From an uncultured Bdellovibrio sp. (GTDB lineage: Bacteria > Bdellovibrionota > Bdellovibrionia > Bdellovibrionales > Bdellovibrionaceae): a stretch of 64,000 nucleotides of DNA. The stretch covers positions 480,001 through 544,000 of the forward strand of contig CAWVRN010000001.1 of the NCBI GenBank assembly GCA_963932905.1, written 5' to 3'. The position numbers and the translations under genes are program-made. The notes below the pieces were generated by a model. The model did no database searches. It was not told where the DNA came from and saw only the letters and a list, made by a program, of their open reading frames with translations. This document shows, in pieces, positions 1 to 10,575 of this stretch; position 1 is the first letter of the stretch; each line of letters begins with the position of its first letter.

Positions 1-834
1 TTCTTTATCCACCGATTCTGTCGTTTTGTTTCCCGCGGTTGCCGATGTGGCACCGCCTCTCAGAGCCGGCCCCTGCTCGGGCTTCTTAGAACAGATATTG
101 CTGGCCATTTTTTGGTTCGAATTTTTAATTACATACGTAACATCTCGAATCTTGGCGGTGACGGTTTTAATTTTGGAATCCCGTATTATGCCTACGGGAA
201 CAGATTTTTTGTTCGCTTTTTCTAACGCTTCGGTAATGTCCGTCAGATTTTCCGTGCGAACGCCATTTACTTTTATAATGATGTCATCGAATTGCAACAC
301 GCCATTTTTTTCCTCGGTATCGATATCTTTTAGTTGCACTCCGGCCTTGAAGTCCTTTGTTATCGCGTGAACCATTTCACGACTAATTTGTTCAGTGTCG
401 GACATTCCATCGATAATGCTCATTTTTCCTTTACATTGAAAAACGATAGTGTGTCGTGGGTAAGTGGTAGTGACGGGAACAATGTTGTAATTGGTGTACG
501 TGGTTTTGTTATTAAGTCGGTAAGAATTGGAATACGCATTTAGCGTTGTAGACGAGGTACTTTCATCAACAGGCTGACTCATCAAAGCGAACTCTGATCT
601 TTTGGCGCAGTATTCAAGCGCACCCAGCTGAGAATATTCCATCGACGAAAAACTGCCCGTGAATTCATTTCCATTGAAAGAACTTAGATAAGCGCCTTTA
701 TTTTTTGTATCTTCGGTGATCGAGTTTCCATAGTAGCTGTCTTTCTCGCCATATTTCGTAGCGGTCATGCAAGAGATAGTTGAAATTGTTACTAAACTAA
801 TGAAAAGCCAATTATATAAATATGATTTCATCAT
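1..834 (-). CDS. Lipoprotein with C-terminal PDZ-like domain (3' end runs off the window)
   Basis: Read manually (absent from ORF track because truncated): MMKSYLYNWLFISLVTISTISC lipobox-like start; later GVLQFDDIIIKVNG...VPVGIIRDSKIKTV resembles PDZ; open to base 1. Confidence 0.65.
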   Translation of the reverse strand, partial: MMKSYLYNWLFISLVTISTISCMTATKYGEKDSYYGNSITEDTKNKGAYLSSFNGNEFTGSFSSMEYSQLGALEYCAKRSEFALMSQPVDESTSSTTLNAYSNSYRLNNKTTYTNYNIVPVTTTYPRHTIVFQCKGKMSIIDGMSDTEQISREMVHAITKDFKAGVQLKDIDTEEKNGVLQFDDIIIKVNGVRTENLTDITEALEKANKKSVPVGIIRDSKIKTVTAKIRDVTYVIKNSNQKMASNICSKKPEQGPALRGGATSATAGNKTTESVDKE

Positions 835-868
835 GGTTTATTCTTTAACACCCAGAAATCGATTAGGC

Positions 869-902
869 AAAAAAAATCCCGATTTTTTAGATCGGGATTT
901 TT
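869..902. terminator. Intrinsic terminator downstream of clpX
   Basis: AAAAATCCCGAT-loop-ATCGGGATTTTT hairpin flanked by A/T tracts. Confidence 0.8.
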
Positions 903-924
903 AGTTATTATTCTAATTAGATTC

Positions 925-2217
925 CTATGCGCTTTCGGCCGGATCGTTGGACTTAGCCTTCTTGATTTCTTCTTCTGTTTTGAAGACTAAACCTGGAGTA
1001 CCTTTTGACGTAATCACGGTGTCGTCGATCAAAACCTCTTTTAAGTTAGTTTTTGAAGGAACGTCGAACATGATGTCTAACATCGCCGTTTCAAGTACTG
1101 CTCTTAGACCACGCGCGCCTGTACGGCGTTTGATGGCTGTCTGAGCAATGGCTTTAAGCGCTTTGTCAGTGAATTTTAAATCAATGCCTTCATAAGTGAA
1201 TAGCTTTTGATATTGTTTCGTGATCGCGTTTTTTGGGCGAATCAAGATATCGATCAAAGCATCTTCAGATAATGGATCAAGGACTGCCATCACCGGCAGA
1301 CGACCAATGAATTCAGGAATCATACCGAAACGAACTAAATCGTCTGGTTCAACACTTTGTAGAATGTTGACGGATTCATCTTTTTCTTTACCTGTTTTGA
1401 TGTCAGCAGCAATACCCATTGTTCTGTTTGAAGTACGGCCTTCGATGATTTTTTCCAAACCTACGAATGCGCCACCGCAAATGAACAAGATATTAGAAGT
1501 ATCTACTTGGATAAATTCTTGTTGAGGATGTTTACGACCACCTTTTGGAGGCAAGTTCGCTACCGTTCCTTCTAAGATTTTTAATAATGCTTGCTGAACG
1601 CCTTCGCCCGATACGTCACGAGTGATGGAAGGATTCTCTGATTTTCTAGAGATTTTATCGATTTCATCGATATAGATAACGCCTTTTTGTGCGCGTTCTA
1701 CATCGTAATCAGCCGCTTGCAGTAAGTTTAATACTACGTTCTCGACGTCTTCACCGACATAACCGGCTTCAGTTAACGTTGTCGCATCCGCCATCGCGAA
1801 TGGAACATTCAAGATTTTGGCGATTGTTTGTGCCAGCAATGTTTTACCAGAACCCGTTGGTCCGATTAACATGATATTCGATTTTTGAAGTTCGATATCG
1901 TTGCTTTTCTTGTTAGTACTGATGTTATTAATACGTTTATAGTGATTGTGTACCGCAACTGACAAAGACTTCTTCGCTTGTTGTTGGCCGATAACGAAAT
2001 CATCTAAATGTGTTTTGATATCTAAAGGTTTTGGTACTTTGAAAACGCCTTTCGCAGACGTCTCGCGATCCTTTTCCTCGTCGATAATGTCATTACATAA
2101 ATCGATACATTCATCACAAATGTAAACACCGGGGCCGGCGATCAGTTTTTTAACTTCCTTTTGGCCTTTTCCGCAAAAACTACAGCGTAAACTGCCTTGA
2201 GCTGTTGAAGATGACAT
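925..2217 (-). CDS. clpX: ATP-dependent Clp protease ATP-binding subunit ClpX
   Basis: CSFCGK...ICDECIDLC zinc finger, Walker [28 protein letters not shown]. Confidence 0.98.
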   Translation of the reverse strand: MSSSTAQGSLRCSFCGKGQKEVKKLIAGPGVYICDECIDLCNDIIDEEKDRETSAKGVFKVPKPLDIKTHLDDFVIGQQQAKKSLSVAVHNHYKRINNISTNKKSNDIELQKSNIMLIGPTGSGKTLLAQTIAKILNVPFAMADATTLTEAGYVGEDVENVVLNLLQAADYDVERAQKGVIYIDEIDKISRKSENPSITRDVSGEGVQQALLKILEGTVANLPPKGGRKHPQQEFIQVDTSNILFICGGAFVGLEKIIEGRTSNRTMGIAADIKTGKEKDESVNILQSVEPDDLVRFGMIPEFIGRLPVMAVLDPLSEDALIDILIRPKNAITKQYQKLFTYEGIDLKFTDKALKAIAQTAIKRRTGARGLRAVLETAMLDIMFDVPSKTNLKEVLIDDTVITSKGTPGLVFKTEEEIKKAKSNDPAESA

Positions 2218-2221
2218 TCGC

Positions 2222-2827
2222 TTATCCTTTGATTAATTTTCTTGGTTCTACAATGTGATCGACTAAACCAAATTCTTTTGCTTCTTGAGGGCTCATAAAA
2301 TTATCACGCTCCATCGCTGCGAAAAGTTTATCGTAAGTTTGAGTCGTATGAGTTTGATAAATTTTAGTAAGCTTTTCTTTTGTTTTCACTAATTCACGTG
2401 CATGAATTTCGATATCAGTTACCTGACCACCTAATCCGCCACCACCCAAGTGAGGTTGATGGATCATGATACGTGTATTTGGCAAAGAGTAACGTTTTCC
2501 TTTAGCGCCCGCTGTTAGTAGCAGGGAACCCATACTGGCCGCCATACCCATACAGTAAGTCGCCACATCGCACTTTACAAATTGCATAATATCGTAAAGA
2601 GCTAATCCGCTGGATACACTTCCACCCGGCGAATTGATGTATAAATGAATATCTTTTTCTGGATTATCCACTTCCAAAAACAACATCTGTGCGATGATTG
2701 CATTGGCAACATCATCAGTTACGGCTGATCCAAGGATGATGATGCGATCTTTAAGTAGGCGTGAGTAGATGTCATACGAGCGCTCGCCTTTAGAAGTTTG
2801 CTCGATAACGTAAGGAATTAGTGCCAC
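2222..2827 (-). CDS. clpP: Clp protease proteolytic subunit
   Basis: [33 protein letters not shown]; adjacent to clpX; GTG start. Confidence 0.98.
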   Translation of the reverse strand: MALIPYVIEQTSKGERSYDIYSRLLKDRIIILGSAVTDDVANAIIAQMLFLEVDNPEKDIHLYINSPGGSVSSGLALYDIMQFVKCDVATYCMGMAASMGSLLLTAGAKGKRYSLPNTRIMIHQPHLGGGGLGGQVTDIEIHARELVKTKEKLTKIYQTHTTQTYDKLFAAMERDNFMSPQEAKEFGLVDHIVEPRKLIKG

Positions 2828-2872
2828 TGTGGTTCTCCTGAAAATGAATTACGTGTTCGTTCTCTTGAATCT

Positions 2873-2899
2873 TTATCGGCGGCTTTTAGAAGTACTTTA
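2873..2899 (-). promoter_or_regulatory. Sigma28/FliA-type promoter upstream of clpP
   Basis: Minus strand reads TAAA-N15-GCCGATAA, an exact match to the sigma28 consensus. Confidence 0.7.
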
Positions 2900-2982
2900 T
2901 TTAAAAAGGCCTTGAAGAATCAATTAACTATGATACGACTAAAGGTCTAAATTCAACCAGCTTTGAACCACGGAGTCATAAC

Positions 2983-4500
2983 ATGACAATCGATTTAATT
3001 TCACAAGACCTTGATTCAGCCATCAGCTCAAAATCAAACACAGTTTTAGTTCTTTTCAGTAGTTTAGGTGACGATAAAGACAAAAAGCCAGTGTTGCATA
3101 ATAAATCTGTTGCGAAACATCTTGAGACAAATCTAGAAGAGAAATCCATTACGGGTAAGTCCGGCGAAACAGTCCTATTCCGAGAATTTGCTCACGCATC
3201 TTGTCGTCATTTGTTGGTTGTTGGTCTAGGTTCTACCAAAGAATTAACTCACGAATCATTCCGCCAAGTCGCAGCGTCTATTTACGATGCCGTAAAAGCC
3301 TCTAAAGCAGAAGAAGCCTTTATCGATTTCGAATCATTACCTGCGAAAATGAAAAACGAAGATAATATACAGGCTACTGTAGAGGGTTTGCTTCTAACTT
3401 CGTATGAATTTAACGAACTAAAATCTAAAAAAGATAAAAAGCCGGCCTCTGATATGCTTTTCCACATGGTTTTAAAAGAATCTAAAAATGCCGGTTATAA
3501 AAAAGCCTTCTCTGAAGGTTTAGCGTTGGCAGACACTGTTAATTTTGCTCGTTTCCTTGGTGATATGCCGGGTAATTTGATGACGCCGGATATCTTAGCA
3601 AAGAAGGCCGTCGAAGCGGCGAAAAGCGTAAAAGTAAAAGCCACTGTTTGGGATAAGGCGCGTATTAAGAAAGAAAAAATGGGCGGTTTACTGGGTGTTT
3701 CAATGGGTTCCGATCAGGAACCTCGTTTTATCGTTCTTGAATACAATGGTGCTGCTAAAACTAAAAAACCGGTTGTCTTCGTAGGTAAAGGTTTAACTTT
3801 TGACTGCGGTGGTATCAGCATTAAGCCATCAGCAGCGATGGAAGAAATGAAATACGATATGTGCGGCGGTGCTAACGTGATCGCAACCGTGCTTGCCGTA
3901 GCGAAATTGAAGTTAAAAGTAAATGTTATGGGTATCGTACCAGCGACTGAAAACATGCCTGGACCATCGGCGACTAAACCAGGTGATATCCACACAGCTC
4001 GTAATGGAAAAACATTTGAAGTGAACAATACAGATGCCGAAGGTCGCTTGATCCTAAGTGATGCTCTTGTGTACGCCTGTGAGCAAAAACCAGAAATCGT
4101 AATTGATGCTGCGACTTTGACGGGCGCGATGGTTGTGGCTTTGGGTAATACCCACACAGGTTACTTTACTCGTAATGAAAAATTGAAAAAAACAATCGAA
4201 GAAGCCGCTAAAGCTTCTGGTGAATGGGTATGGAACATGCCTTTAACTGATTTCCATGTGCAAGATATGAAAGGTACATACGCCGATCTATCAAACATCT
4301 CTGCAGGTAAAGGTGCGGGGTCTGCCACGGCAGCCGCGTTCTTGGAACAATTCGTTGAAGAGGGCATTCCATGGGCTCACTTCGATATCGCGGGTACTGG
4401 CTGGTCAGTAGGCAATCGTCTAAAATATTGCCCTAAAAAAGGCGCTAGTGGCGCTATGATCAGAACGTTCGTGGAGATTGCTAGAAGTTTTGAAAGATAG
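2983..4500 (+). CDS. pepA: Leucyl aminopeptidase (M17)
   Basis: VGKGLTFDCGG, MKYDMCG, NTDAEGRL, WAHFDIAG. Confidence 0.96.
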   Translation: MTIDLISQDLDSAISSKSNTVLVLFSSLGDDKDKKPVLHNKSVAKHLETNLEEKSITGKSGETVLFREFAHASCRHLLVVGLGSTKELTHESFRQVAASIYDAVKASKAEEAFIDFESLPAKMKNEDNIQATVEGLLLTSYEFNELKSKKDKKPASDMLFHMVLKESKNAGYKKAFSEGLALADTVNFARFLGDMPGNLMTPDILAKKAVEAAKSVKVKATVWDKARIKKEKMGGLLGVSMGSDQEPRFIVLEYNGAAKTKKPVVFVGKGLTFDCGGISIKPSAAMEEMKYDMCGGANVIATVLAVAKLKLKVNVMGIVPATENMPGPSATKPGDIHTARNGKTFEVNNTDAEGRLILSDALVYACEQKPEIVIDAATLTGAMVVALGNTHTGYFTRNEKLKKTIEEAAKASGEWVWNMPLTDFHVQDMKGTYADLSNISAGKGAGSATAAAFLEQFVEEGIPWAHFDIAGTGWSVGNRLKYCPKKGASGAMIRTFVEIARSFER

Positions 4501-6244
4501 TCTTTTATCTCAGCCTCTACGTTATTTTATATCTAAGAACAGAAAATCCTTTGGCATTGGATTGGCGCTTTTAATAGCCACCAATGCCTTAGACTCGGCC
4601 ACACCTTTAGTTCTAAAGATCGCCATTGATACTATCTCTGCTGGAAATTTTGAACCAACGGAACTTCTAAAAACTGCCGCTCTATTTTTTGCTGTCATGT
4701 TTATGCTGGCAGCGACTCGATTTGGTTGGCGTATATTCTGGAGCGACTATCATACATCGGCGGCGGACGAACTTCGCAATCGCGTTTTTAATCATTATTC
4801 GCAAATGGGCCCTAGATTCTACACGAAAAATTCAGTGGGCGAGATGATGAGTTTAATCACGAACGATGTGCAATTTTTTAGAAACGGAATTGGACCTGGT
4901 TTGTTAATTCTGATCGACGGCATCAGTTTAATCATTCTTATAGTTCCGTCGATGATTTATCTTAGTCCAAGTTGGACCGCAAAATGTTTGGTCTTTATCG
5001 CGATCGTTCCATTTTTCATTCATGCGATTACTAAACGCATTGGTGCTTTGTCGAAAGAACAGCAAGCGATGCTAGCGCGATTAACCAGTTTCACTCAGGA
5101 ATTAGTTTCCGGTGTTAAGATCGTGAAAATATTCTCGATGGAATCGCAGCGATCAGAGAAATACCAAGAACTCAGCAAAGAATATCTGGATAAATCAAAT
5201 CAGCTAAACCGCGTGGATTCATTCTTTAATCCTTTGATGCAGATGGCGGTCGCGACCGGAACCATTATTTTACTATATATCGGCGGCGGTGAAGTGATTT
5301 CGGGCGTAGTGACGCTAGGAAGTTTCGTCGCGTTTCAGCGTTATATTAATAAAATCATCTGGCCATTTTCGGCCTTAGGCTATGGATTATCTCAAATGCA
5401 AAAAGGCCGAAGTGCGTTTGAGCGGATCAAAGCTCTGTTAGAAGAGCCGGTAGAATTCCCGGATCTTTTCAATCAGGCGAAGACAGCGCATGTTGCGTCC
5501 GTCGATTCGATAGAATTAAGAAACGTAGGATTTAAATACGGCGAAGTTGACGTCCTTAAAAATATAAATTTAAAAATAAACAAAGGTCAGTTTATTGGGA
5601 TCACCGGCCCCGTCGGTGCGGGCAAATCAACACTTCTTCATTTGCTAGTCGACTACCTAGGAAACTATTCAGGCCAGATTTTACTTAACGGTAAAGATTA
5701 TAACCAGTACGCAAAGTCAGAAATCTGGAAATCAGTTAAGATGGTTCCACAAGAGCCGTTCCTGTTTAGCTCTACGATTCGTAATAACGTAATTTTATCT
5801 TCAGCTAGCAATGAACAGCAGTTAAATTCGATCATTTCGATGGTGGATTTCGACAAGGACATGAAGACACTAGAGCGCGGCTTAGAGACTTTCGTGGGCG
5901 AGAAAGGTGTTCAGCTGTCGGGCGGGCAAAAGCAGCGCCTGACATTGGCTCGCGGCGTGTACGCGAAACCTGATGTGATTTTGCTGGATGACACCCTAAG
6001 TGCCCTGGATACCAAGACGGAAGCTAATGTTCGTGATCATTTGTTTAGATCTAGTAAAGATCAAATCAGAGTGATCGTGGCTAACAAGGTTCAGTCGTTG
6101 ATGAACGCCGATCAAATCGTGGTTTTATCGGAGGGGCAAATTGAAGCCGTTGGGACGCATAAGGAACTACTAGAAAAATCCAAATTCTATCTAAATCAGT
6201 GGCGATTGCAGCAGATGAACGATGCGGGGAATACCCATGCATAG
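4478..6244 (+). CDS. ABC exporter, fused TMD-NBD (MdlA-like half of a heterodimer)
   Basis: Multiple TM helices, Walker A GPVGAGKS, LSGGQKQR, degenerate Walker B LLDD. Confidence 0.92.
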   Translation: MLEVLKDSLLSQPLRYFISKNRKSFGIGLALLIATNALDSATPLVLKIAIDTISAGNFEPTELLKTAALFFAVMFMLAATRFGWRIFWSDYHTSAADELRNRVFNHYSQMGPRFYTKNSVGEMMSLITNDVQFFRNGIGPGLLILIDGISLIILIVPSMIYLSPSWTAKCLVFIAIVPFFIHAITKRIGALSKEQQAMLARLTSFTQELVSGVKIVKIFSMESQRSEKYQELSKEYLDKSNQLNRVDSFFNPLMQMAVATGTIILLYIGGGEVISGVVTLGSFVAFQRYINKIIWPFSALGYGLSQMQKGRSAFERIKALLEEPVEFPDLFNQAKTAHVASVDSIELRNVGFKYGEVDVLKNINLKINKGQFIGITGPVGAGKSTLLHLLVDYLGNYSGQILLNGKDYNQYAKSEIWKSVKMVPQEPFLFSSTIRNNVILSSASNEQQLNSIISMVDFDKDMKTLERGLETFVGEKGVQLSGGQKQRLTLARGVYAKPDVILLDDTLSALDTKTEANVRDHLFRSSKDQIRVIVANKVQSLMNADQIVVLSEGQIEAVGTHKELLEKSKFYLNQWRLQQMNDAGNTHA

Positions 6245-8009
6245 TTTTTCTGAAGATAAAGAAACTACTCGGTTGAACTACAAACAGCTTTTCAAAAAGC
6301 TAAGTCCTTTCTTGGCGCGACGAAAAGGCAGTTTGGTATGGGTTACGTTTCTAGTGTTGGCAGCGGCGCTCAGTGGCCGTGCGATTCCATTTTTTATTGG
6401 CTACACAATTGATAATGCCATCGTTAAAAAAGATTGGGATTTGCTGCTTTATTGCACCATCGGTTATGCGGTTCTTGAAATTTTAAATTCCGTCTTTGAA
6501 TTCTTGCAAGTTTACGAATTTCAAAAACTAGGGAACAAGGTATTACTTGATATTCGATCGAAAATTCTATTTGTCGTACAGCGAATTCCGATGACTTATT
6601 TCAATAAGACTCCGGCAGGGCGAATCGTCACACGCGCAACAAATGATGTTTCACAAATTGGCGAAATATTCAGTGATGGCGTAGTTAAAGTATTTATTCA
6701 GCTTATCGTTTTGATTTCGATTGTTACTTCGATGATGTTGATATCGGTGAAACTAACAGTCATTTGTTTGATTTCGGCGCCACTATTTTTCTACTTGGGA
6801 ATTAGAATTACCAATAAAATCAAAGAAACTCTACGCGTTTCCAAGATCGCGACGTCGGCCTTGAATTCATTCATTGCTGAAAGCTTGAATGGCATGAAGA
6901 TCATTCAGATGTATCAATTGTCACGTTCAAAGATGGATCATTTTGAATTTCTATCCGGCGATTTGAAAAAGGTGTCGCTACAGTCGACTCGGAATTATGC
7001 GATGATGATGCCCATTTTGAATTTATTCAATGGTTTGATTCTAGCCAGCGCATTGTACTTTAGTGGGATTCTAGGTCAACAAGACGGAATTAAAGTCGGT
7101 CTTGTAATCACCTTCTTTCTGCATGCTTTAGATTTCGTTCATCCATTCCGTGATATTATCGAAAAGTATCAGTCGTTCCAAAACAGCTTAACCAGTGCTG
7201 AACGTGTGTTCACTTTGTTAGAAGAGCCTATCGAACCGGGTTATAGTTTGCCGCATGTTTCGCAGAAATTAGGAAACACAATTGAATTTAAAAACTTGAG
7301 TTTTAAATACCAAGATACGCAAACTACCGTTCTAAAAAATCTTTCGCTTACTATTAAAGATCGTCAGTCCGTAGGTGTGGTGGGAAGAACGGGTGCTGGG
7401 AAATCAACGTTGGTTCATTTATTGTTGAATTTGTACCCGCCGCCACCTAATGAATTATTCATTGGCGGGCACGCTATCGAAACGATCCCGCTGACTCAGC
7501 TACGTCACAAGATAAATTGCGTACAGCAAGATCTGTTTTTATTTAAGGGAACAATATTCGAGAATCTGACTTTAGGTTCCGCACGAATTCCAGAAGATCG
7601 CGTCTACCGAGTTGCTGCCGAAATTGGTTTGATGGATTACCTAGCGAAAACCCAGCGCACATTGGCTCACCCGGTAGAAGAATCGGGCGCTAATTTAAGT
7701 ACCGGTGAAAAGCAGTTGATTTCGTTTGCACGTATTTTGATTTTTGATCCCGAGATAGTGATTTTGGATGAAGCGACGTCAAATATAGATTCACAGATGG
7801 AACAATTGCTGCAAACGGCGTCTAAGAAACTAATTCAAAATCGCACATCGATTGTGATTGCCCATCGCCTATCTACTATATTTAGCTGTGATCGAATTCT
7901 GGTATTAGAAAATGGCCGTGTGATTGAAGACGGATCTCCTCAAGAACTAGCGGCCAGAGATTCTGAGTTTAAAAAAATGCTAAACGATCAATCTTATAAA
8001 AATTTGTAG
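6237..8009 (+). CDS. ABC exporter, fused TMD-NBD (MdlB-like half of a heterodimer)
   Basis: GRTGAGKS, LSTGEKQ, LDEATS, IAHRLST; start reassigned to ATG at 6237. Confidence 0.92.
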   Translation: MHSFSEDKETTRLNYKQLFKKLSPFLARRKGSLVWVTFLVLAAALSGRAIPFFIGYTIDNAIVKKDWDLLLYCTIGYAVLEILNSVFEFLQVYEFQKLGNKVLLDIRSKILFVVQRIPMTYFNKTPAGRIVTRATNDVSQIGEIFSDGVVKVFIQLIVLISIVTSMMLISVKLTVICLISAPLFFYLGIRITNKIKETLRVSKIATSALNSFIAESLNGMKIIQMYQLSRSKMDHFEFLSGDLKKVSLQSTRNYAMMMPILNLFNGLILASALYFSGILGQQDGIKVGLVITFFLHALDFVHPFRDIIEKYQSFQNSLTSAERVFTLLEEPIEPGYSLPHVSQKLGNTIEFKNLSFKYQDTQTTVLKNLSLTIKDRQSVGVVGRTGAGKSTLVHLLLNLYPPPPNELFIGGHAIETIPLTQLRHKINCVQQDLFLFKGTIFENLTLGSARIPEDRVYRVAAEIGLMDYLAKTQRTLAHPVEESGANLSTGEKQLISFARILIFDPEIVILDEATSNIDSQMEQLLQTASKKLIQNRTSIVIAHRLSTIFSCDRILVLENGRVIEDGSPQELAARDSEFKKMLNDQSYKNL

Positions 8010-9220
8010 AATCCCATACAGGCATTCTGAACAGATGTTGGTTTCGTCTTGAAAAAACTCGCCAAGGCTTCAAAAAATCTAGCTTTAATTTTTGGATCTA
8101 ATCCTCCGTCAGCATACGATTTTTTCAAAACGATGTGTAAGTAGCGACGAGACATGTTCGTCTCAAAGAATGATGAAGGAAATGGAAGTGATAAATTAAC
8201 GGTGTGCTGATTAGATAACGATGCTGGTCCCATGCGATTAGTACCGATAAATGGTGCATAGAATGTGTTTTTGTAAGCACCGCTACTGGTGAAAATACGC
8301 TTTCCCGCTGCGGGTAATTCACGTGCTTCCATGTAGAAACCAAAACCTGCGCCGCCGTAAACTTCTAATATTGGGGCAAAGGCACGCTTTAGTGATTCAA
8401 AATCAAAAAACAAATCAAGCATCCAAGCCGATTTATCGTCCACACGAACACGAGAAATACCAAATCCAAATGACGTTCCTAAATAGAATCCAAAATTAGG
8501 CGAAATCCATCTTTTTAACGGCGTTTTCGAAATCACAAAGTCGTAAATGATTTTTCCTAATGTGGCTCCAGCACCGGCAACCACATAAGAATTCATGCCA
8601 AACGTGTTACTGCGAACGAATTGCTCGCTTTTTTGGTAGAACACGCCATTCAGTGAATTAACAAGACCTTGTATCATTTTATATGGTGGCTTGACCTTAA
8701 ATCTCAAAAACATTTTTTCCATGCTGCCGGCAATTCCTGTTAGGAACGCGTGTTTTTTAGAAAGGAATGTTCTTAGTTCTGCTTCTGTTAGATTTTCAAG
8801 GCCCGAATTAATAGCTTCTACTGATTCTTTCGAGAACTGAAGTTTGTATTTTTTAAATTCGTTAATCAAGGCAAGGCGGCTTTTAGAACCACTGTCGTTG
8901 TCGTCTCTTTCAATAACGCCCCAGTTTACTTTGGGACCGAATGGGATAGTTAATGAAGTTAATTTTGTGCCTTTTTCGATATCAGGATTGGAGTTCGTTC
9001 TGATCATCTCCATCAGTTCGGCTTTTGAATATTTATCTAATAAACCGCCATCGAAATTTTTAGAATTGTAATTGAACATCAACTCTTCTTGTTGAGTTGA
9101 CGGAAGGGGTTGATCCGATTGAATCAAAAAATTTGCGAAACTGACAGGCTCGTCGGCGGCCAGGGCAAGTGACGCTGTAAATGAGAATCCAACAATAAGT
9201 AGTAAAAGTTTTTTCAGCAT
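7994..9220 (-). CDS. Secreted hypothetical protein
   Basis: 408-aa ORF with Sec signal (ALA|ADE); Gly/aromatic beta-strand-like C-terminal half. Confidence 0.7.
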   Translation of the reverse strand: MLKKLLLLIVGFSFTASLALAADEPVSFANFLIQSDQPLPSTQQEELMFNYNSKNFDGGLLDKYSKAELMEMIRTNSNPDIEKGTKLTSLTIPFGPKVNWGVIERDDNDSGSKSRLALINEFKKYKLQFSKESVEAINSGLENLTEAELRTFLSKKHAFLTGIAGSMEKMFLRFKVKPPYKMIQGLVNSLNGVFYQKSEQFVRSNTFGMNSYVVAGAGATLGKIIYDFVISKTPLKRWISPNFGFYLGTSFGFGISRVRVDDKSAWMLDLFFDFESLKRAFAPILEVYGGAGFGFYMEARELPAAGKRIFTSSGAYKNTFYAPFIGTNRMGPASLSNQHTVNLSLPFPSSFFETNMSRRYLHIVLKKSYADGGLDPKIKARFFEALASFFKTKPTSVQNACMGFYKFL

Positions 9221-9302
9221 AGTTTCCTGCGTCGTTAATATAACGAACTATGTAGAAAAGTGATGCTGTCTAAACTTTGAACATTACTTTTTACAATTTT
9301 TA

Positions 9303-10049
9303 CTAAATGAAGCGGTGGAAGTGCCACTGCTTTGATTTGGCAATTTCTTGCAATTGGTATTCTGATTTATAAAGGCGATCTTCCCGATTGGCGGCGCTAA
9401 CCGCAAGTCTTAAACGAGTCGAATACTCCAATAACTCAACGTCGCCTTCAGAATTTCCCACCGCTAAAAACGGAGGGTCTTTGTGCTTTTGCTTGTAGCC
9501 TTCGACTTTGCCCGCTCTATAAGTAATTACTCCATGTTTTTGATCGGTGACGATACCGTCTTTGACCAAAGTTTCCACACCGATAACATCGGTATTTTGC
9601 AGGCCCAAATAGCGAGCTCCCGGTTCAACGGCCCAGCTAATGGAAGCCGTGACAATTTTGATGGTTACGCCACTAGAACTAAGTAACTGGATCAGTTTTT
9701 TCTGATCATCAAAAACCGGAAATGGCTGAAGGCTTTTAAGTGCCTCATCTGACCATTTTCGAACTTGTTCCAACGTTTGGCCTTTGTAGATTTGAGCTAA
9801 CCATAAATAAGCGTCACGAGGATCTGAATTTTTCTTTTTCAGCTCTAGATAATGTTCCCAAGGGTTTGGCGGCAATTCCACTAGACGATTGTCTATCGTG
9901 TAATGAAACAGATTTTCCCCTAAATCAGTGTCCCACAAAGTGCCGTCGGCATCGAAAAGCGCTACTAGAGGCGATTGATTTTTCTTGAGTTCTGCCAGGG
10001 TTTCATTTAACTGTTTCCAAAAAGTTTCGGGATAAGATTTGTATTTCAT
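9303..10049 (-). CDS. HAD-IB family phosphatase (SerB-like)
   Basis: FDADGTLW motif I, IVTAS motif II, GK, GNSEGD motif IV; start reassigned to MKYKSY. Confidence 0.88.
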   Translation of the reverse strand: MKYKSYPETFWKQLNETLAELKKNQSPLVALFDADGTLWDTDLGENLFHYTIDNRLVELPPNPWEHYLELKKKNSDPRDAYLWLAQIYKGQTLEQVRKWSDEALKSLQPFPVFDDQKKLIQLLSSSGVTIKIVTASISWAVEPGARYLGLQNTDVIGVETLVKDGIVTDQKHGVITYRAGKVEGYKQKHKDPPFLAVGNSEGDVELLEYSTRLRLAVSAANREDRLYKSEYQLQEIAKSKQWHFHRFI

Positions 10050-10101
10050 TAATTGAAACCCTAGCTTAATATAAGTACACTGTCCATAGTAAGAGAGAAT
10101 C

Positions 10102-10575
10102 ATGAGTTTTTACTGCCGAGTATTGCAAAAAGAAGATATTGAAGAGCTACTTGATTTCGAAACCAAAAAACTGATCGAAATTGAACAGAATGAAATGGAA
10201 CGCGAGTTCATCAAGTGGAATTCCCGCTGGAGAAAAGAGTCTCTTGAGCATTATGCCCAACTAGGCTGGAGCTTTATAGCCCGTAATCCAGAAATCAAAT
10301 CTTCGTTTTCCACTGAAGGGCAATTGGTAGGGTATTTTACAGCCCAGCCACTGTTATTCTTAGACGGTCAAACTCAGTCTCTATGGGTAGAACATTTGTC
10401 TTATTCTGCGCTTCAGGCACGTGACGAATTAGTTGAAATCGCGTATCGGTTGTCACGGGATAAGCATTTTCAACGGGTCTATTTTTTAAACAACCAGGGC
10501 GTAGTTAATTCTGTGAATGCCTTCAAGCCAGAGTCTTGGAATCCACAGATGATGTACGTAAAGACAACAAAATGA
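10102..10575 (+). CDS. Hypothetical protein, possible GNAT fold
   Basis: 157-aa ORF with strand/helix pattern SFIAR...GQLVGYF...LWVEHL; ATGA-coupled to glpD. Confidence 0.55.
   Translation: MSFYCRVLQKEDIEELLDFETKKLIEIEQNEMEREFIKWNSRWRKESLEHYAQLGWSFIARNPEIKSSFSTEGQLVGYFTAQPLLFLDGQTQSLWVEHLSYSALQARDELVEIAYRLSRDKHFQRVYFLNNQGVVNSVNAFKPESWNPQMMYVKTTK

Noticed and set aside
26..543. Plus-strand ORFs 26-370 and 334-543
   Set aside because: Antisense shadows of the truncated minus-strand lipoprotein gene
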